Source: Clostridia bacterium (lineage in GTDB: Bacteria; Bacillota; Sulfobacillia; SLMV01). Taken from it: 57,366 nt of DNA. A program made the translations under genes and the position numbers. The DNA lies in NCBI GenBank assembly GCA_003566675.1, contig PXCI01000054.1, forward strand, positions 1-57,366, in the 5' to 3' direction. The notes under the pieces were generated by a model. It was not told the DNA's origin and ran no database searches. It was given only the letters and a program-made list of their open reading frames with translations. Below, piece by piece: positions 16,923 to 27,257 of this stretch (position 1 is its first letter; the number at the start of each line of letters is the position of its first letter).

Positions 16923-17025
16923 AGAATACCGAAGCAGATGCGCCTGTTACCTGGTAAGAATGATGTGGTTACCTGCCCTGTAATCAGCAGCAGTGTTGAA
17001 CCTAAATGGCAAGGCATCTACTGGA

Positions 17026-17367
17026 CTAATCGATCCAGACGGCCAACGATCTACATCCCAGAATTTCTCGTCTATCGCGGTCAATTTGATCGACTACGTA
17101 TAGGTCGTTCCGTTCCGGGCAAGCGGATCGGACCATCTGGGATACTACATAACCCCCTCCATGTTCTTCCAAGGAAGGCTGCTTCACCGGACCGAAGGAG
17201 ATTCTGGAGACAGGGACCGAAACATCCTGGATCTGCATGTCTTCCACCCTCTCCCTCCTTACGAACACCCGGGCTGCCCGGGGCTCAGGTCTTACCTCGC
17301 CCACAACAATCCTCTCCGATTCATCATAGAACCGAAGAATGTGAGGCGTCTTGTTTAGAATCTCCAT
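17026..17367 (-). CDS. hypothetical protein
   Basis: 113-aa ORF with SD GAGAGGAGAAGC-ATG. I cannot assign it to any family. Confidence 0.5.
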   Translation of the reverse strand: MEILNKTPHILRFYDESERIVVGEVRPEPRAARVFVRRERVEDMQIQDVSVPVSRISFGPVKQPSLEEHGGGYVVSQMVRSACPERNDLYVVDQIDRDRREILGCRSLAVWID

Positions 17368-17684
17368 GCTTCTCCTCTCTATCTTCGGCCACTGAACGGG
17401 TGTCAGGCATAGGGTGCACCGAATACGCCGTCACTGCGCCGAGTAACCAGTGCGGATCCTCCTTGAGAATAAGGCTGCGTACCTCTCTTCACCCTTTGCC
17501 CGTCACGCAGCAATCCTTCCGATTCTCGTCCCGGTCACCCTGGCCACAGAGGCCAGGACCTGAGTGCGTGGAGAGCATCAGGACCGACGACGGGAGTTTC
17601 TGATCCGAACACCTCCTTCCATCCCCCACAGCGACCGGTTACTCCTCGCCTGACGTACCAGGGGTGGCATGCCCCTCCTTCAAC

Positions 17685-18404
17685 TTAGTCCTTCACACCC
17701 CACAACATGCAGTACCTACTCACACATCGAATGGGCCCCTCCTCCAGATCACGGTGCATCCTGGACATCCCGCGATCAAAGGACGAATCCGAGATCAGGT
17801 GCAGCGATGAAAAGGCTCGATCCCGGTAAGGTGCCGGATCCTCAAGATCATAGTGAAACTCAACCGTACGCTCACAGAGATCGGTGAAACCTGCGTCCTG
17901 CATCATGCTCACCAGATCGCAGATGCGAGGATACCTCTGGATCTCAGCATCCACCGTCTCGGGAAAATACGTGCTCAGCGGAGTCCGGCGATGAATAATC
18001 TCGGTGGAATCCGTAACCGTGCACAACCTTCCCCCCGACCGCAGCACCCGGTGCATCTCGCGGAAATAGGCAGGATGATCCGTCACATGGTGGATGACAT
18101 CCACGGAAAAGACCAGGTCAAACCCCCCGTCGGGGAAGTCGAGATCCTCGCCCCGTCCAAGAGCAAACCCGGCCGACCCATCAAGTTCAAGGGCTCGCTC
18201 CAGCATCCGCTCCGAGGGGTCCACCCCCCATCCCTCGCAGCCAACCGTTGAGGTGAGGGCCCGGATGTAGTTCCCTGTGCCGCAGCCTACCTCCAGCACA
18301 CGCGAGCCCCGGCTTATCTCCCCCAGAATATCCTGGAGAACCTGGGGGTGCACCCGCCTGTGCCTGGCATAGTCTCTGGCAACCTCATCGTAGTTGATGC
18401 GCAC
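17685..18404 (-). CDS. class I SAM-dependent methyltransferase
   Basis: 239 aa. Motif I is VLEVGCGTGNY and the post-I acidic residue is present (GVDPSERML). Confidence 0.85.
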   Translation of the reverse strand: MRINYDEVARDYARHRRVHPQVLQDILGEISRGSRVLEVGCGTGNYIRALTSTVGCEGWGVDPSERMLERALELDGSAGFALGRGEDLDFPDGGFDLVFSVDVIHHVTDHPAYFREMHRVLRSGGRLCTVTDSTEIIHRRTPLSTYFPETVDAEIQRYPRICDLVSMMQDAGFTDLCERTVEFHYDLEDPAPYRDRAFSSLHLISDSSFDRGMSRMHRDLEEGPIRCVSRYCMLWGVKD

Positions 18405-18414
18405 AGTCTTCCAC

Positions 18415-19671
18415 TCAACCTATCAGGTGAAGATTTGTCTGCCGACCCGCGAGATAATAGATCTTGCCCCGGGAAAACAACACATCCTGTTCGAGGGCAA
18501 ACACCACGTCCTGGCCATCCCACTCCGGCACCTCACACGTGACATTTAGCTCCATCGCGTGACAGGTATCATCGAAAAGCTCGTAGTCCCCCTTGCCGGG
18601 GACCCCTCCCTGCCTATCCCACAGCCCTATCGTCGGTCCAGCCCCATGCCCGTGATACCCGATTGGGTGGGTGTAAATGCTGGCCCTGAGTCCCTGTTTG
18701 GAGGCCCTTTTCAGCGATCTTTCGAGGATCTCGTTGCCCGATCGGGCAGCGATACACTCCTCGGCCAGGATCTCCTGCAGGCGATTGCCCTGCGCCAGGC
18801 CCGCCTTCAAACCCTTAGGGGCATCCGTCTCGCCAAGATCCAGGACGTAAGCCATCTGCTGAGTGTCCGTCGCCAAGCCCAGGTAGTGCAGCCCCACATC
18901 ACAATGCAGTAGGTCACCGGGGCGGATCAAAGTCCTGCCATCTTTTTCGCGGAACTTCAGCCCGTTCGCCTGAATGCTCACAGAGGGATGGAACCAGGCT
19001 GACAGGCCCAGATCCAGGATCCTCTGGCGGAACCACCACTGAACATCCTGCGTCGTGGTGATGCCGGGATGGATCACCCGAGAGGAAAAAGCCTCCTCTA
19101 TAATGCAGTGGGCAATCTCCACGATCCGGGAATAGGCCTCCATTTCAGCGGGCAGTCTCCTCTCCAGCCAACCCACCGCAAGGCGTTCCGCCCCTTCAAT
19201 CCTGTCGACATGAACGGGATCCAGGGCACCGACAAGCTGACAATGCTCACTGTGAGTCAGGCCGTCGCCAAAGGCAAAGGTCTCCGATACCCCCACACCA
19301 ATACGTCTGGGATCTCTCTCCTGGATCAGCCGCGCGAGGCAAGCCCACTGCTCTTCTCGTTCCGGATCCCAGACGCCCCGGTAAAGATCCCCCAAGTCGT
19401 ACCGCGACAGGATCATCCGCTCGAGTTCGCCCCCGTCAGACAGGTAGAAGACCAATATGGTGAGCCTTCTAGCTGACAGCATCTCAGACGGAAGAAGGGT
19501 CATGATCACCGGGTCTTCATTGTATTCCCTGGCAGCCACGATCCACATGTCAAAGGATTCCCGCTCCATGATCTCCGGAAGCACCTCGTCCAGACGCTGC
19601 CGCAACCATCTGTCCTGAACCTGTGCCCTTTGCCTCAGGGACAATATCGAATACGTTGTACTGTCTCTCAC
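18415..19671 (-). CDS. M24-family metallopeptidase (Xaa-Pro aminopeptidase/creatinase-like)
   Basis: 418 aa. Metal-ligand pattern HCDVGLHYLGLATDTQ, YTHPIGYHGHGAGP, and the E residues in MELNV and FALEQ. Confidence 0.8.
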   Translation of the reverse strand: MRDSTTYSILSLRQRAQVQDRWLRQRLDEVLPEIMERESFDMWIVAAREYNEDPVIMTLLPSEMLSARRLTILVFYLSDGGELERMILSRYDLGDLYRGVWDPEREEQWACLARLIQERDPRRIGVGVSETFAFGDGLTHSEHCQLVGALDPVHVDRIEGAERLAVGWLERRLPAEMEAYSRIVEIAHCIIEEAFSSRVIHPGITTTQDVQWWFRQRILDLGLSAWFHPSVSIQANGLKFREKDGRTLIRPGDLLHCDVGLHYLGLATDTQQMAYVLDLGETDAPKGLKAGLAQGNRLQEILAEECIAARSGNEILERSLKRASKQGLRASIYTHPIGYHGHGAGPTIGLWDRQGGVPGKGDYELFDDTCHAMELNVTCEVPEWDGQDVVFALEQDVLFSRGKIYYLAGRQTNLHLIG

Positions 19672-19702
19672 GTCATACCTCCTATCAGCTTGTCAGACTC
19701 TG

Positions 19703-20119
19703 TTATCTTCCACCTTCATCGTCACCATCCTGCAGGCGCCGAATCACCATGGCCGAGGCCTGACTGAAACCAAAGCGCTCATAAAAGGGCTGCACATCAG
19801 GATCGCAGACGACATCGATCATGTACAGCCCTGCCAGCCGATCCAGCATCCTCCTGACAAGTTCGCTCCCTATACCCTGGCCTTGATAATCCTTCCGCAC
19901 CTCCAGGAGGGGGATGTAGGCGGCGAGAACCCTATCACTTATTGCAGTGATGAAGCCGACCACGCTACCTGACTCGGCATCAATGGCAACAAAGCACTGT
20001 TGACTGCCTACTAGGAGCTGCATGTGCACCTCGGGAGGAACAGGTCTGGCCCAGCCAACAAAGAACCCCTCAAGACTCTCGCAATTCAACCCGTCAACGT
20101 CCTCCGTGTAGGCGATCAT
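19703..20119 (-). CDS. GNAT-family N-acetyltransferase
   Basis: 138 aa. Acetyl-CoA motif A is VRKDYQGQGIGSELVRRML. Confidence 0.85.
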   Translation of the reverse strand: MIAYTEDVDGLNCESLEGFFVGWARPVPPEVHMQLLVGSQQCFVAIDAESGSVVGFITAISDRVLAAYIPLLEVRKDYQGQGIGSELVRRMLDRLAGLYMIDVVCDPDVQPFYERFGFSQASAMVIRRLQDGDDEGGR

Positions 20120-20155
20120 GCATTTCTCCTCTCACAATCTGGCTTCGCCGCACTA

Positions 20156-20185
20156 TGTACAAATGTTACACCACTTCCGTATAAT
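20156..20185 (+). promoter_or_regulatory. candidate promoter of the MFS gene
   Basis: TGTACA (20156-20161), 18-nt spacer, TATAAT (20180-20185). Confidence 0.4.
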
Positions 20186-20227
20186 GTTTGATGGTTGAAG
20201 CCCCTGACAGACGAGGAGCCAGGCACT

Positions 20228-21487
20228 ATGTTCTTTCGAAATCCACAATTGACGCTGCTGTTCTGCTCCCTCTTTCTCATCATGATCGGATTCGGCATCG
20301 TGATACCCCTCCTGCCCTTCGTTGCACGAGAACTGGGGGCCACCTCCATGGACATGGGGCTGTTGGTCACAGCGTGGGCTGCTGCCCAGTTCATCATCGC
20401 TCCGCGCTGGGGTACGTTCTCGGACCGCGTAGGCCGCAGGCCTACGATCATCCTGGGTCTTGTTGGCTTCGGCTTTTCCTTCATCCTGATGGGTCTTTCC
20501 ACCCATCTGTGGGTTCTGTATGTCGCCCGAATTCTCGGGGGGCTCATGTCCGCGGCAACGATGCCGTCAGCCAGTGCCTACATTGCAGACGTAACCACCC
20601 GAGAGGAACGCGGGGCAAGTATGGGGCTGCTCGGTGCAGCCTTCGGTCTCGGGTTCATGCTGGGACCCACCATCGGAGGACTCCTTGCACCCCTCGGCGT
20701 GCGGTTCACCTTCTTCATCGCTGGAACATGTGGATGGCTCAATGCCATCCTGGTGTATTTCATGCTCCCTGAGCCCGAGACCCGCAGCAAGAGCGGCGCA
20801 CGGGGCCAATCTGCCCTTCATGCCGTCGTGGCATCGCTTAAGAAACCATACGCCATCCTGCTGTTCATACCCTTCTGCATGTCTTTTGCCGGTTCTGTGC
20901 TCTTCAGCATGATGGCCTACTACCTGATGGATAAGTTCGCGGCCAACGAGTCCCTGGTTGCCATTGCCTTTGCCGTCAATGGAGGCATCGGAGTCCTGAC
21001 CCAGGGCTTTTTCCTTGGTGCCGCCCTGAAGCTGATGAATGAGCTCAATCTTCTGCGGATCGGCATGCTGGTGACGGCCCTCGGGTTTGCGGGTTTTCTG
21101 GTGTCACCATCCTTTTTCTTCATCCTGGTGTGCGTCGCCCTGGTCAGCATGGGGCAGGGCCTGGCTCGCCCCGTGGTCATGACGCTACTCTCCAAGGCAA
21201 CGGATATGGGTCAGGGCGTCACCATGGGGCTTCAGAGTTCCTACGAGTCACTAGGGCGTGTTGCAGGTCCCCTGTGGGCAGGTTTTGTTTACATGCTGTC
21301 CATTGAAGCTCCCTACGCATCCTCGGCCCTGATCTATATCCTGACCATGTTCATCCTCGAAAGGGCGCGACGCCTTCTGAATCAGGTGGCCGAGGAAGAT
21401 GCACGGCTCGCTGCTATGGGCCCTCCCGTCCCGCAAAAGATCCTCGCTGCTCCCGGCCCCATGGGCGATGGCTCGGCAAAGAACTGA
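20228..21487 (+). CDS. MFS transporter (drug:H+ antiporter/TCR-Tet-like)
   Basis: 12-TM layout. MFS motif A is GTFSDRVGRRPTII. The start is ATG 20228 with SD GAGGAG 9 nt upstream; the tracked ORF begins at TTG 20195. Confidence 0.85.
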   Translation: MFFRNPQLTLLFCSLFLIMIGFGIVIPLLPFVARELGATSMDMGLLVTAWAAAQFIIAPRWGTFSDRVGRRPTIILGLVGFGFSFILMGLSTHLWVLYVARILGGLMSAATMPSASAYIADVTTREERGASMGLLGAAFGLGFMLGPTIGGLLAPLGVRFTFFIAGTCGWLNAILVYFMLPEPETRSKSGARGQSALHAVVASLKKPYAILLFIPFCMSFAGSVLFSMMAYYLMDKFAANESLVAIAFAVNGGIGVLTQGFFLGAALKLMNELNLLRIGMLVTALGFAGFLVSPSFFFILVCVALVSMGQGLARPVVMTLLSKATDMGQGVTMGLQSSYESLGRVAGPLWAGFVYMLSIEAPYASSALIYILTMFILERARRLLNQVAEEDARLAAMGPPVPQKILAAPGPMGDGSAKN

Positions 21488-21635
21488 TCGACACGTCTGC
21501 CGGGGAAGAAGGGATCCATCGACCCTTCGTAGAATCGGGATGTGAGTCTTCCGACTAAATGGCCAGGTGTCGGAACAACCTGGCGAGCACAGCCCAGACA
21601 TCCTGATTGACCGGGCGTACGAGGAGGAGTAACAC

Positions 21636-22391
21636 GTGCAGATCCTAGACGATGTGTGTATAGGCTGTGGTACCTGCCTGATCTACTGCCCCAGCGGTGC
21701 CATCGGCCTGGAAAACGACGTGGCAACGATCAACGCAGAAAGCTGCGTCGAATGCGGAACCTGTGTGCGGGTCAGATGCTGTCCCACCGAGGCGATTCAT
21801 CCCTCATCACTGAAGGGGATTCCGAGAGAGATCCGATCCTTCTTCAGCGATCCAGCAATCACTCACGGCCAGACCAGCGTACCTGGGCGAGGCACGGAAG
21901 AAGTCAAGACCAATGATGTGACCGGCCGGTACAAGAAGGGGTGTGTGGGCATAGGCGTCGAGGTGGGCCGGCCCTCCCTCGGAGCATACATGGAGGACGT
22001 GGAGAAAATCACAACCCCCCTGGCCTCAATGGGCATCAGGGTCGAGTCCAACAATCCCCTGGCCCATCTTCTCGAGTCCCGCGAAACGGGACGGATCAAG
22101 GAGGAATATCGCCGTGAACGCGTGACTTCCATCATCATTGAGTTCACCGTCCCCGAGAGCAGAGTTGAGGAGGTCCTGCTACGACTCAAAGATCTCTTCG
22201 ATGAAGGCGAGACCACGTTCACCCTTGACCTGATCACCCACTTTGATGAAGCGGGAAACATCCCCATGTGGAGTAGGCTGGTGGACCTCGGATACACCCC
22301 CCGACCCAATGCCAAGATCAACCTGGGCCTCGGCAGGCCACTGGCGGAAGAGCGAGATCGGGAGACCCCTGGAGGTGGCCTGGGCAAATGA
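21636..22391 (+). CDS. 4Fe-4S dicluster domain protein with an uncharacterised ~190-aa C-terminal domain
   Basis: GTG start with SD GAGGAGGAG. The N-terminus has CIGCGTCLIYCP and CVECGTCVRVRCCP. I could not assign the remainder to a family. Confidence 0.7.
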   Translation: MQILDDVCIGCGTCLIYCPSGAIGLENDVATINAESCVECGTCVRVRCCPTEAIHPSSLKGIPREIRSFFSDPAITHGQTSVPGRGTEEVKTNDVTGRYKKGCVGIGVEVGRPSLGAYMEDVEKITTPLASMGIRVESNNPLAHLLESRETGRIKEEYRRERVTSIIIEFTVPESRVEEVLLRLKDLFDEGETTFTLDLITHFDEAGNIPMWSRLVDLGYTPRPNAKINLGLGRPLAEERDRETPGGGLGK

Positions 22392-23023
22392 CACACTCAT
22401 TGCATCGCCAAGGAGATGAAGACAGCCTGCAAAGGGACTTCGTCGTGCTAATCACGCCGGCCGCCGGGGTCAATGTGGAGGGAGCCACCGAAAAGTTAAA
22501 AGAACTCGTTGATGTCATCAAGGGGTTGGGTCCTGACAACATAGGCGACTTCATGTCGGGCTCCATCCATGACGGCCACGACTTCGAGAAAATCAAGTGG
22601 GGATTGGAGCAGGCTGCTGTCCCGCGAGTGCGCTGCTGTTTCTCGGACCCTACCAAGGTCATCGAGCTGCTTCGCTATATCAAGGAAAGAGACTACGGCC
22701 TGTCGGTCACCATCAGCGGCCTCATCAATCGGGTGCAGGAGATGTGCCAACAGCTCCAGATTGAACCCCATTCCATCAATCTTTCCCTCGGGTTTCACGG
22801 AAGAATTGATCAAGTACCCGAGCAAAACATCATGAACATCGTCACGATGTGCGGCCACGGCATGATCTCGGCTGAACTGGTCCGGGATCTAATCGATCGA
22901 GTGTCCTCGGGAGGGATGTCCCCTGACGAAGCAGCCGGGGAGTTGGCCCGTCCGTGCCTCTGCGGGATTTTCAATCGTGAAAGGGCACGGGACCTCATCG
23001 TTGAGGCAACAACAGACGCCTGA
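22388..23023 (+). CDS. hypothetical Cys-containing protein, translationally coupled to the preceding Fe-S protein
   Basis: 211 aa. ATGA start/stop overlap at 22388-22391. Conserved-looking Cys motifs TMCGHGMIS and RPCLCGIF. Confidence 0.6.
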   Translation: MTHSLHRQGDEDSLQRDFVVLITPAAGVNVEGATEKLKELVDVIKGLGPDNIGDFMSGSIHDGHDFEKIKWGLEQAAVPRVRCCFSDPTKVIELLRYIKERDYGLSVTISGLINRVQEMCQQLQIEPHSINLSLGFHGRIDQVPEQNIMNIVTMCGHGMISAELVRDLIDRVSSGGMSPDEAAGELARPCLCGIFNRERARDLIVEATTDA

Positions 23024-23310
23024 GATCTCAGCCCGGTCGATGGCGAACCCCGACTGTCCGACTGGCAAACACCATGGGGCCTTGCCTGCTGCCGCATCCT
23101 GGGTGCGGCACACTCAGGCATAGCCCCCGTTCCCCCAGACACCAGGGCACATCGAGATTCCACGAGAGATATTGTCGCGTTGGATGGATAATGCAGTGAT
23201 AGAACTAGCACGTGGTAGGGTACCACCTTATGCCCTGAGGTTTCCCCTGATCAGGCGTACATCTGAGTGTACGCAGGTAGGAGCCACTCCGAGGTTGTCG
23301 GACGGAGACG

Positions 23311-24213
23311 TCATCGCCGACACACCCGTTGAATACCCGCTTCTTCAGCGATCCGGGCCGCCGATGCAACTTCATCTCTTCTCGGTCGTCGATTGAGCGG
23401 AGGATGATCCCCTGCACGGTGCGCAGGATAGTACTGATCCATTAGATTAACGAAGGTATCCGGCGATATCTCCTCTGCCAGGAACTCCATCACCTCTTTC
23501 GTCCCCGCGTTGCCCTCAGGAAGAATCAGATGGCGGATCATCAGGCCGCGAACCGCGATCCCCCGTTCGTCACAGGAGAGATCCCCCACCTGTCGGTGCA
23601 TCTCCGCCACTGCTTTCCGGTTCACCTCGGGATAATCGCGGGCTGCCGACAGTCTCTCGGCCACATCCGGGTCCTGGTATTTCATGTCAGGCATGTAGAT
23701 GTCCACGACCCCGTCGAGAAGCTCTAGAGCCTCGGGGGAATCGTAGCCTCCCGTATTGTAGACCAGGGGTAGATCCAACCCACGTCGCGACGCCCACGCC
23801 ACGGCGCCGAGAATCTGAGGAATGACATGGCTCGGGCTCACCAGGTTAACATTATGACAGCCCCTTCGCTGAAGGGAGAGCATCATCTTCCCCAGATCTC
23901 TCAGGCCCTGCTCACGCCCCACGGAGTACTGGCTCGTGTCGTAGTTCTGACAGTAGACGCATCGTAGGTTGCAGCCGCAGAAGAAGATGGTTCCCGATCC
24001 CCTGGTCCCCCGCAGTGGGGCTTCCTCTCCAGGATGAGGCCCGTAGCTGGCGACCGGAGCCCGATATCCGGTCCGGCAGTAGCCCAGATCTCCCCTACGA
24101 CGATTCACGCCACAGTCCCGCGGACATAAGCGACACTCCCGCAATTTCTCCCACGCGCGTCGGACTCTATCGGTCAACCTCTCTTCTCCCAGCTCCAGAT
24201 AAGAAACTGTCAT
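23311..24213 (-). CDS. radical SAM protein, PflX-like (pyruvate formate-lyase activase homolog, COG1313-type)
   Basis: 300 aa. Radical SAM motif CNLRCVYCQN, plus an N-terminal Cys cluster CRLCPRDCGVNRRRGDLGYC. Confidence 0.8.
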   Translation of the reverse strand: MTVSYLELGEERLTDRVRRAWEKLRECRLCPRDCGVNRRRGDLGYCRTGYRAPVASYGPHPGEEAPLRGTRGSGTIFFCGCNLRCVYCQNYDTSQYSVGREQGLRDLGKMMLSLQRRGCHNVNLVSPSHVIPQILGAVAWASRRGLDLPLVYNTGGYDSPEALELLDGVVDIYMPDMKYQDPDVAERLSAARDYPEVNRKAVAEMHRQVGDLSCDERGIAVRGLMIRHLILPEGNAGTKEVMEFLAEEISPDTFVNLMDQYYPAHRAGDHPPLNRRPRRDEVASAARIAEEAGIQRVCRR

Positions 24214-24364
24214 TCGCTCACCTCACGGAAGATGCTGTGACCATCAAGGCCCTCTCAGGGGTAGCTGCAGGCCTGTTGCTGTCGGCACCACCCCCGGATA
24301 ACCTTCCCCTTCGCACCAGGGTCAATGCCAAGTCCTCACCAAAATTGCAACAAGAGATGCGCCA

Positions 24365-25603
24365 CTAGGTCCAGGGGTTCGGATCCGGGGGAACTTCCTC
24401 CTCGTCCATCTGTTCGATGCGGGCCCGTCTGCGCCGCAGACCGTAACTGAACCACCAGAGTACCACGATGAGCACCGTTGCGCCCATGAGCATGAAGGGA
24501 ACGTCCCGCAGGTTGATGCGCAGATGAGCCTTCGGTGAGAAATCTGTGGGATCGAGCGAAGCCAGTTCTGCGATGATTTCAGGGGCGAAGTCCACGAAAG
24601 TGGGAAACACATCTCGTTGGCTGCGGTAGTTCTCCTCCAGATACTCTGCCAGATGACGGGTGAGATAAAATCCCCGCCCCTCATTAACGGCTAGATCCCG
24701 CTCATAGGCCGCTCTCCCATACAGATCTTTCATGGCCAGGGCGCCAATTGCCCTGATGACCTGTTCGTTCACAAAGGTGTGTACGTTCGTGTAGAGCTGA
24801 TCGCTCATCTGTCCCCCCACTGGTTCAAAAAGGGGCTGCAGTTCAAAAACCTCTCGAGCATGCCTGGCGAGGGTGGGATCCACATACGAGTGCCCCCATT
24901 CGTGTAACATAAGCCCGGCGAGGGTCTCGCCCTGCATGGGTCCATCGCCGGTTCGAATCACTCCCACCATGATCAGTTCACCATCGGCTGTGCCTACTGT
25001 AGCACCATACCCGCCTGCAGGGAACAACGACGGGGCCAGAATGGTGTGATACTCCATCGCTGACCATCCGTAAAAACCCTCCAGCCATTGGACCATCAGC
25101 AAACCATCGAGATCTGCGGTGACTTCCTCCACCGCCGTCTCAAAGCGGTTCCTGTTCTGCTCGAAGAAGTCCGTAAACCCTGACTCGGCAGCCAGGTCGA
25201 TGAGAGCCATGCGGAACCGCTCCAGCTGGGCCTCACTGCCTGCCCTCCGCGCCAGATGAGCGTCGTAGGGGTGGATAATCTGGAGCTGTGGGAGGGGACC
25301 GAGCCTGAAGGCAAAATTTGGGGGCAGATCATGGGCGAAGCCTCGCGCCAGAAGATCCTCGGCAATCTGAACGGCTTCATGTCCCGAATACGGCGCGAAA
25401 AAACGGTCAACCGCCCTGGAGTAGTCACCACCCGATTCCCACCGGGCATATTCCTCCATCCAGGCTGTCTGCCGCAAAACTCCAGCCACCAACTCCATCC
25501 TGGGCAAAACGGAAACGTATATGCCGGGCGCCTGCTCACGGACCACCCCAGATCCAGCCTCCGGAGCACCGCCGACGGGTTTGAAGATGAGCAGCATCAA
25601 CAC
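24365..25603 (-). CDS. putative membrane-anchored HEXXH metalloprotease-like protein (DUF4932-like)
   Basis: 412 aa. HEWGH motif in GLMLHEWGHSYVDP. C-terminal TM helix (VPFMLMGATVLIVVLWWF). The DUF assignment is from memory only. Confidence 0.55.
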   Translation of the reverse strand: MLMLLIFKPVGGAPEAGSGVVREQAPGIYVSVLPRMELVAGVLRQTAWMEEYARWESGGDYSRAVDRFFAPYSGHEAVQIAEDLLARGFAHDLPPNFAFRLGPLPQLQIIHPYDAHLARRAGSEAQLERFRMALIDLAAESGFTDFFEQNRNRFETAVEEVTADLDGLLMVQWLEGFYGWSAMEYHTILAPSLFPAGGYGATVGTADGELIMVGVIRTGDGPMQGETLAGLMLHEWGHSYVDPTLARHAREVFELQPLFEPVGGQMSDQLYTNVHTFVNEQVIRAIGALAMKDLYGRAAYERDLAVNEGRGFYLTRHLAEYLEENYRSQRDVFPTFVDFAPEIIAELASLDPTDFSPKAHLRINLRDVPFMLMGATVLIVVLWWFSYGLRRRRARIEQMDEEEVPPDPNPWT

Positions 25604-25640
25604 CAGGGCTGTGACCCCAGTCCTGATGACGCGAATCGCA

Positions 25641-26768
25641 TTATTGGAGAATATGCCTCAACACCTCCACCGTCCTGTCGACATCGCGCTGGCGGTTGTA
25701 GAAATTCACGGCAGCCCGCAAACCCCTCCCCCTTAGTGCGAGGTAGACATTGTGTGACGCCAGTTCAGAAACCAGCTGCCCATCGGTGATGGAATCCCCC
25801 GTGGTGAAGGAGACGATTGCGGAGGGGTGAAACGGTCGGCGAGGGCTGGTAATATCCAGCCCCAGGCCCTCCACTCCCCTCATAAGATCCTGGCTCAGGT
25901 CACCCACCCGACGGGCGATGTCCTCTACTCCGCACTCGAGAAGAAGGCCCACGGAAGATCCAAGAGCCATAATCCCCGGAAGATTCCACGCGCCAGTGAA
26001 GAACCGTCGAGCATCCCTATGGAAACAGAGGCCTCCCGCCGAGTGCACCCCCCTGACCCCGTGGCGACCGACCAGGGGAGGAGACATCTTCTGCACCACA
26101 TCTTCATGGACAAACATACACCCATTTCCCCGTCCGGCCAGCAACCACTTGTACCCGCCAGCCACCAAAATGGAAATGTGACATTCTCGAACGTCCACGG
26201 GCAGGACCCCCAGGCTCTGTATGGCGTCCACAACCAGGAAGATCTCTCGGTCCCGACAGAAGGACCCGAGGGTTTTGAGATCTTGTCGAAAACCGTTAGT
26301 CCACTGTACATCGCTTAGAGCCACCACTCGAGTGCGGGCGTCAATGGAGCTGAAGATGTCCTCAACGGCCAAGCCGGGGCCATGCCATCGAACTCTTCTC
26401 ACCTCAACCCCCTTGCACTGCAAGTTGAGCCAGGGATACACAAGGCTGGGATGCTCAGGGTCGGGTATGAGGACATTATCATCGGCCCGGAGGGGTAAAG
26501 ATGAAGCCGCCAGGCTCACCCCCTCCGATGTATTGGCAACAAATGCGATCTCCTCGCTCTTTGCATTCATCAACAAAGCGAGTTTCCTTCGTGCCCCCTC
26601 CAACTCCCCGGACACATTGGGTTCAATATGGGGGCGTCCAAGGGATTCAGTGATTTGACCGATACGATCAACAGTACGCCTGGGAACCGGGCACTGGGCA
26701 GCGTTGTTCAGATATGTCACCTCATCGATTACGGGAAACTCCTCCCGTATGGCATCCTGGGACAGCAT
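25641..26768 (-). CDS. aminotransferase class V-fold PLP-dependent enzyme (cysteine desulfurase/epimerase-like)
   Basis: 375 aa. Fold-type I pattern: FLVVDAIQSLG and the Lys region ILVAGGYKWL. Confidence 0.8.
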   Translation of the reverse strand: MLSQDAIREEFPVIDEVTYLNNAAQCPVPRRTVDRIGQITESLGRPHIEPNVSGELEGARRKLALLMNAKSEEIAFVANTSEGVSLAASSLPLRADDNVLIPDPEHPSLVYPWLNLQCKGVEVRRVRWHGPGLAVEDIFSSIDARTRVVALSDVQWTNGFRQDLKTLGSFCRDREIFLVVDAIQSLGVLPVDVRECHISILVAGGYKWLLAGRGNGCMFVHEDVVQKMSPPLVGRHGVRGVHSAGGLCFHRDARRFFTGAWNLPGIMALGSSVGLLLECGVEDIARRVGDLSQDLMRGVEGLGLDITSPRRPFHPSAIVSFTTGDSITDGQLVSELASHNVYLALRGRGLRAAVNFYNRQRDVDRTVEVLRHILQ

Positions 26769-27257
26769 CCGAGATCCGCCTCCTCACCAATGCCTCACAA
26801 TCGGGTATCACTGTTAGAAAACCCTTCGCCAACGTACGTGCGTACACCTTCCCCTCTCGATCCGGCGACAATAGCCTTAGCTTCCTGTAGCTGCCAAAGG
26901 CGAACATTGAACGATCGAAGCGGCGCGAAGAAATCCAGAGAGTCGATGCTGCCGACATACTCGGTGCCAAGGCGATGGTGTCCGAAGCCGACACAAAGAC
27001 AGCGGATAATCCCATGACTGCTTCATATCTCCTTGAAAGGAGCGGCACACAGAAACCCAACGGCCAGGAACACGACCACATACCAAGCACGGTGATTGTG
27101 CTGATGCCCGGAAGCCCACCTGTGGCACCAATGCTCCAATCGTAACAAGCCACGTCATCACATCATTGCCCCAACATTGACAACTCCAACAAGGGCTCTT
27201 GCGGTGATCACTGTGCTCCTGGAATATGGCTTGGCGAAAAGATGCCCGGGAAATAAG

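Noticed and set aside
16938-17603. 221-aa plus-strand ORF
   Set aside because: The translation is P/R/S-rich. It overlaps the SD-supported 113-aa minus-strand ORF and its leader, and has no SD of its own.
26769-27257. ~490-nt region between the DDAH-like terminator and the class V PLP gene, with overlapping 94- and 143-aa ORFs; possible riboswitch or leader
   Set aside because: I found no match by eye to T-box, SAM, TPP, B12, glycine or guanidine riboswitch cores. The ORFs lack convincing SD spacing and overlap the downstream gene start. It is left unannotated.
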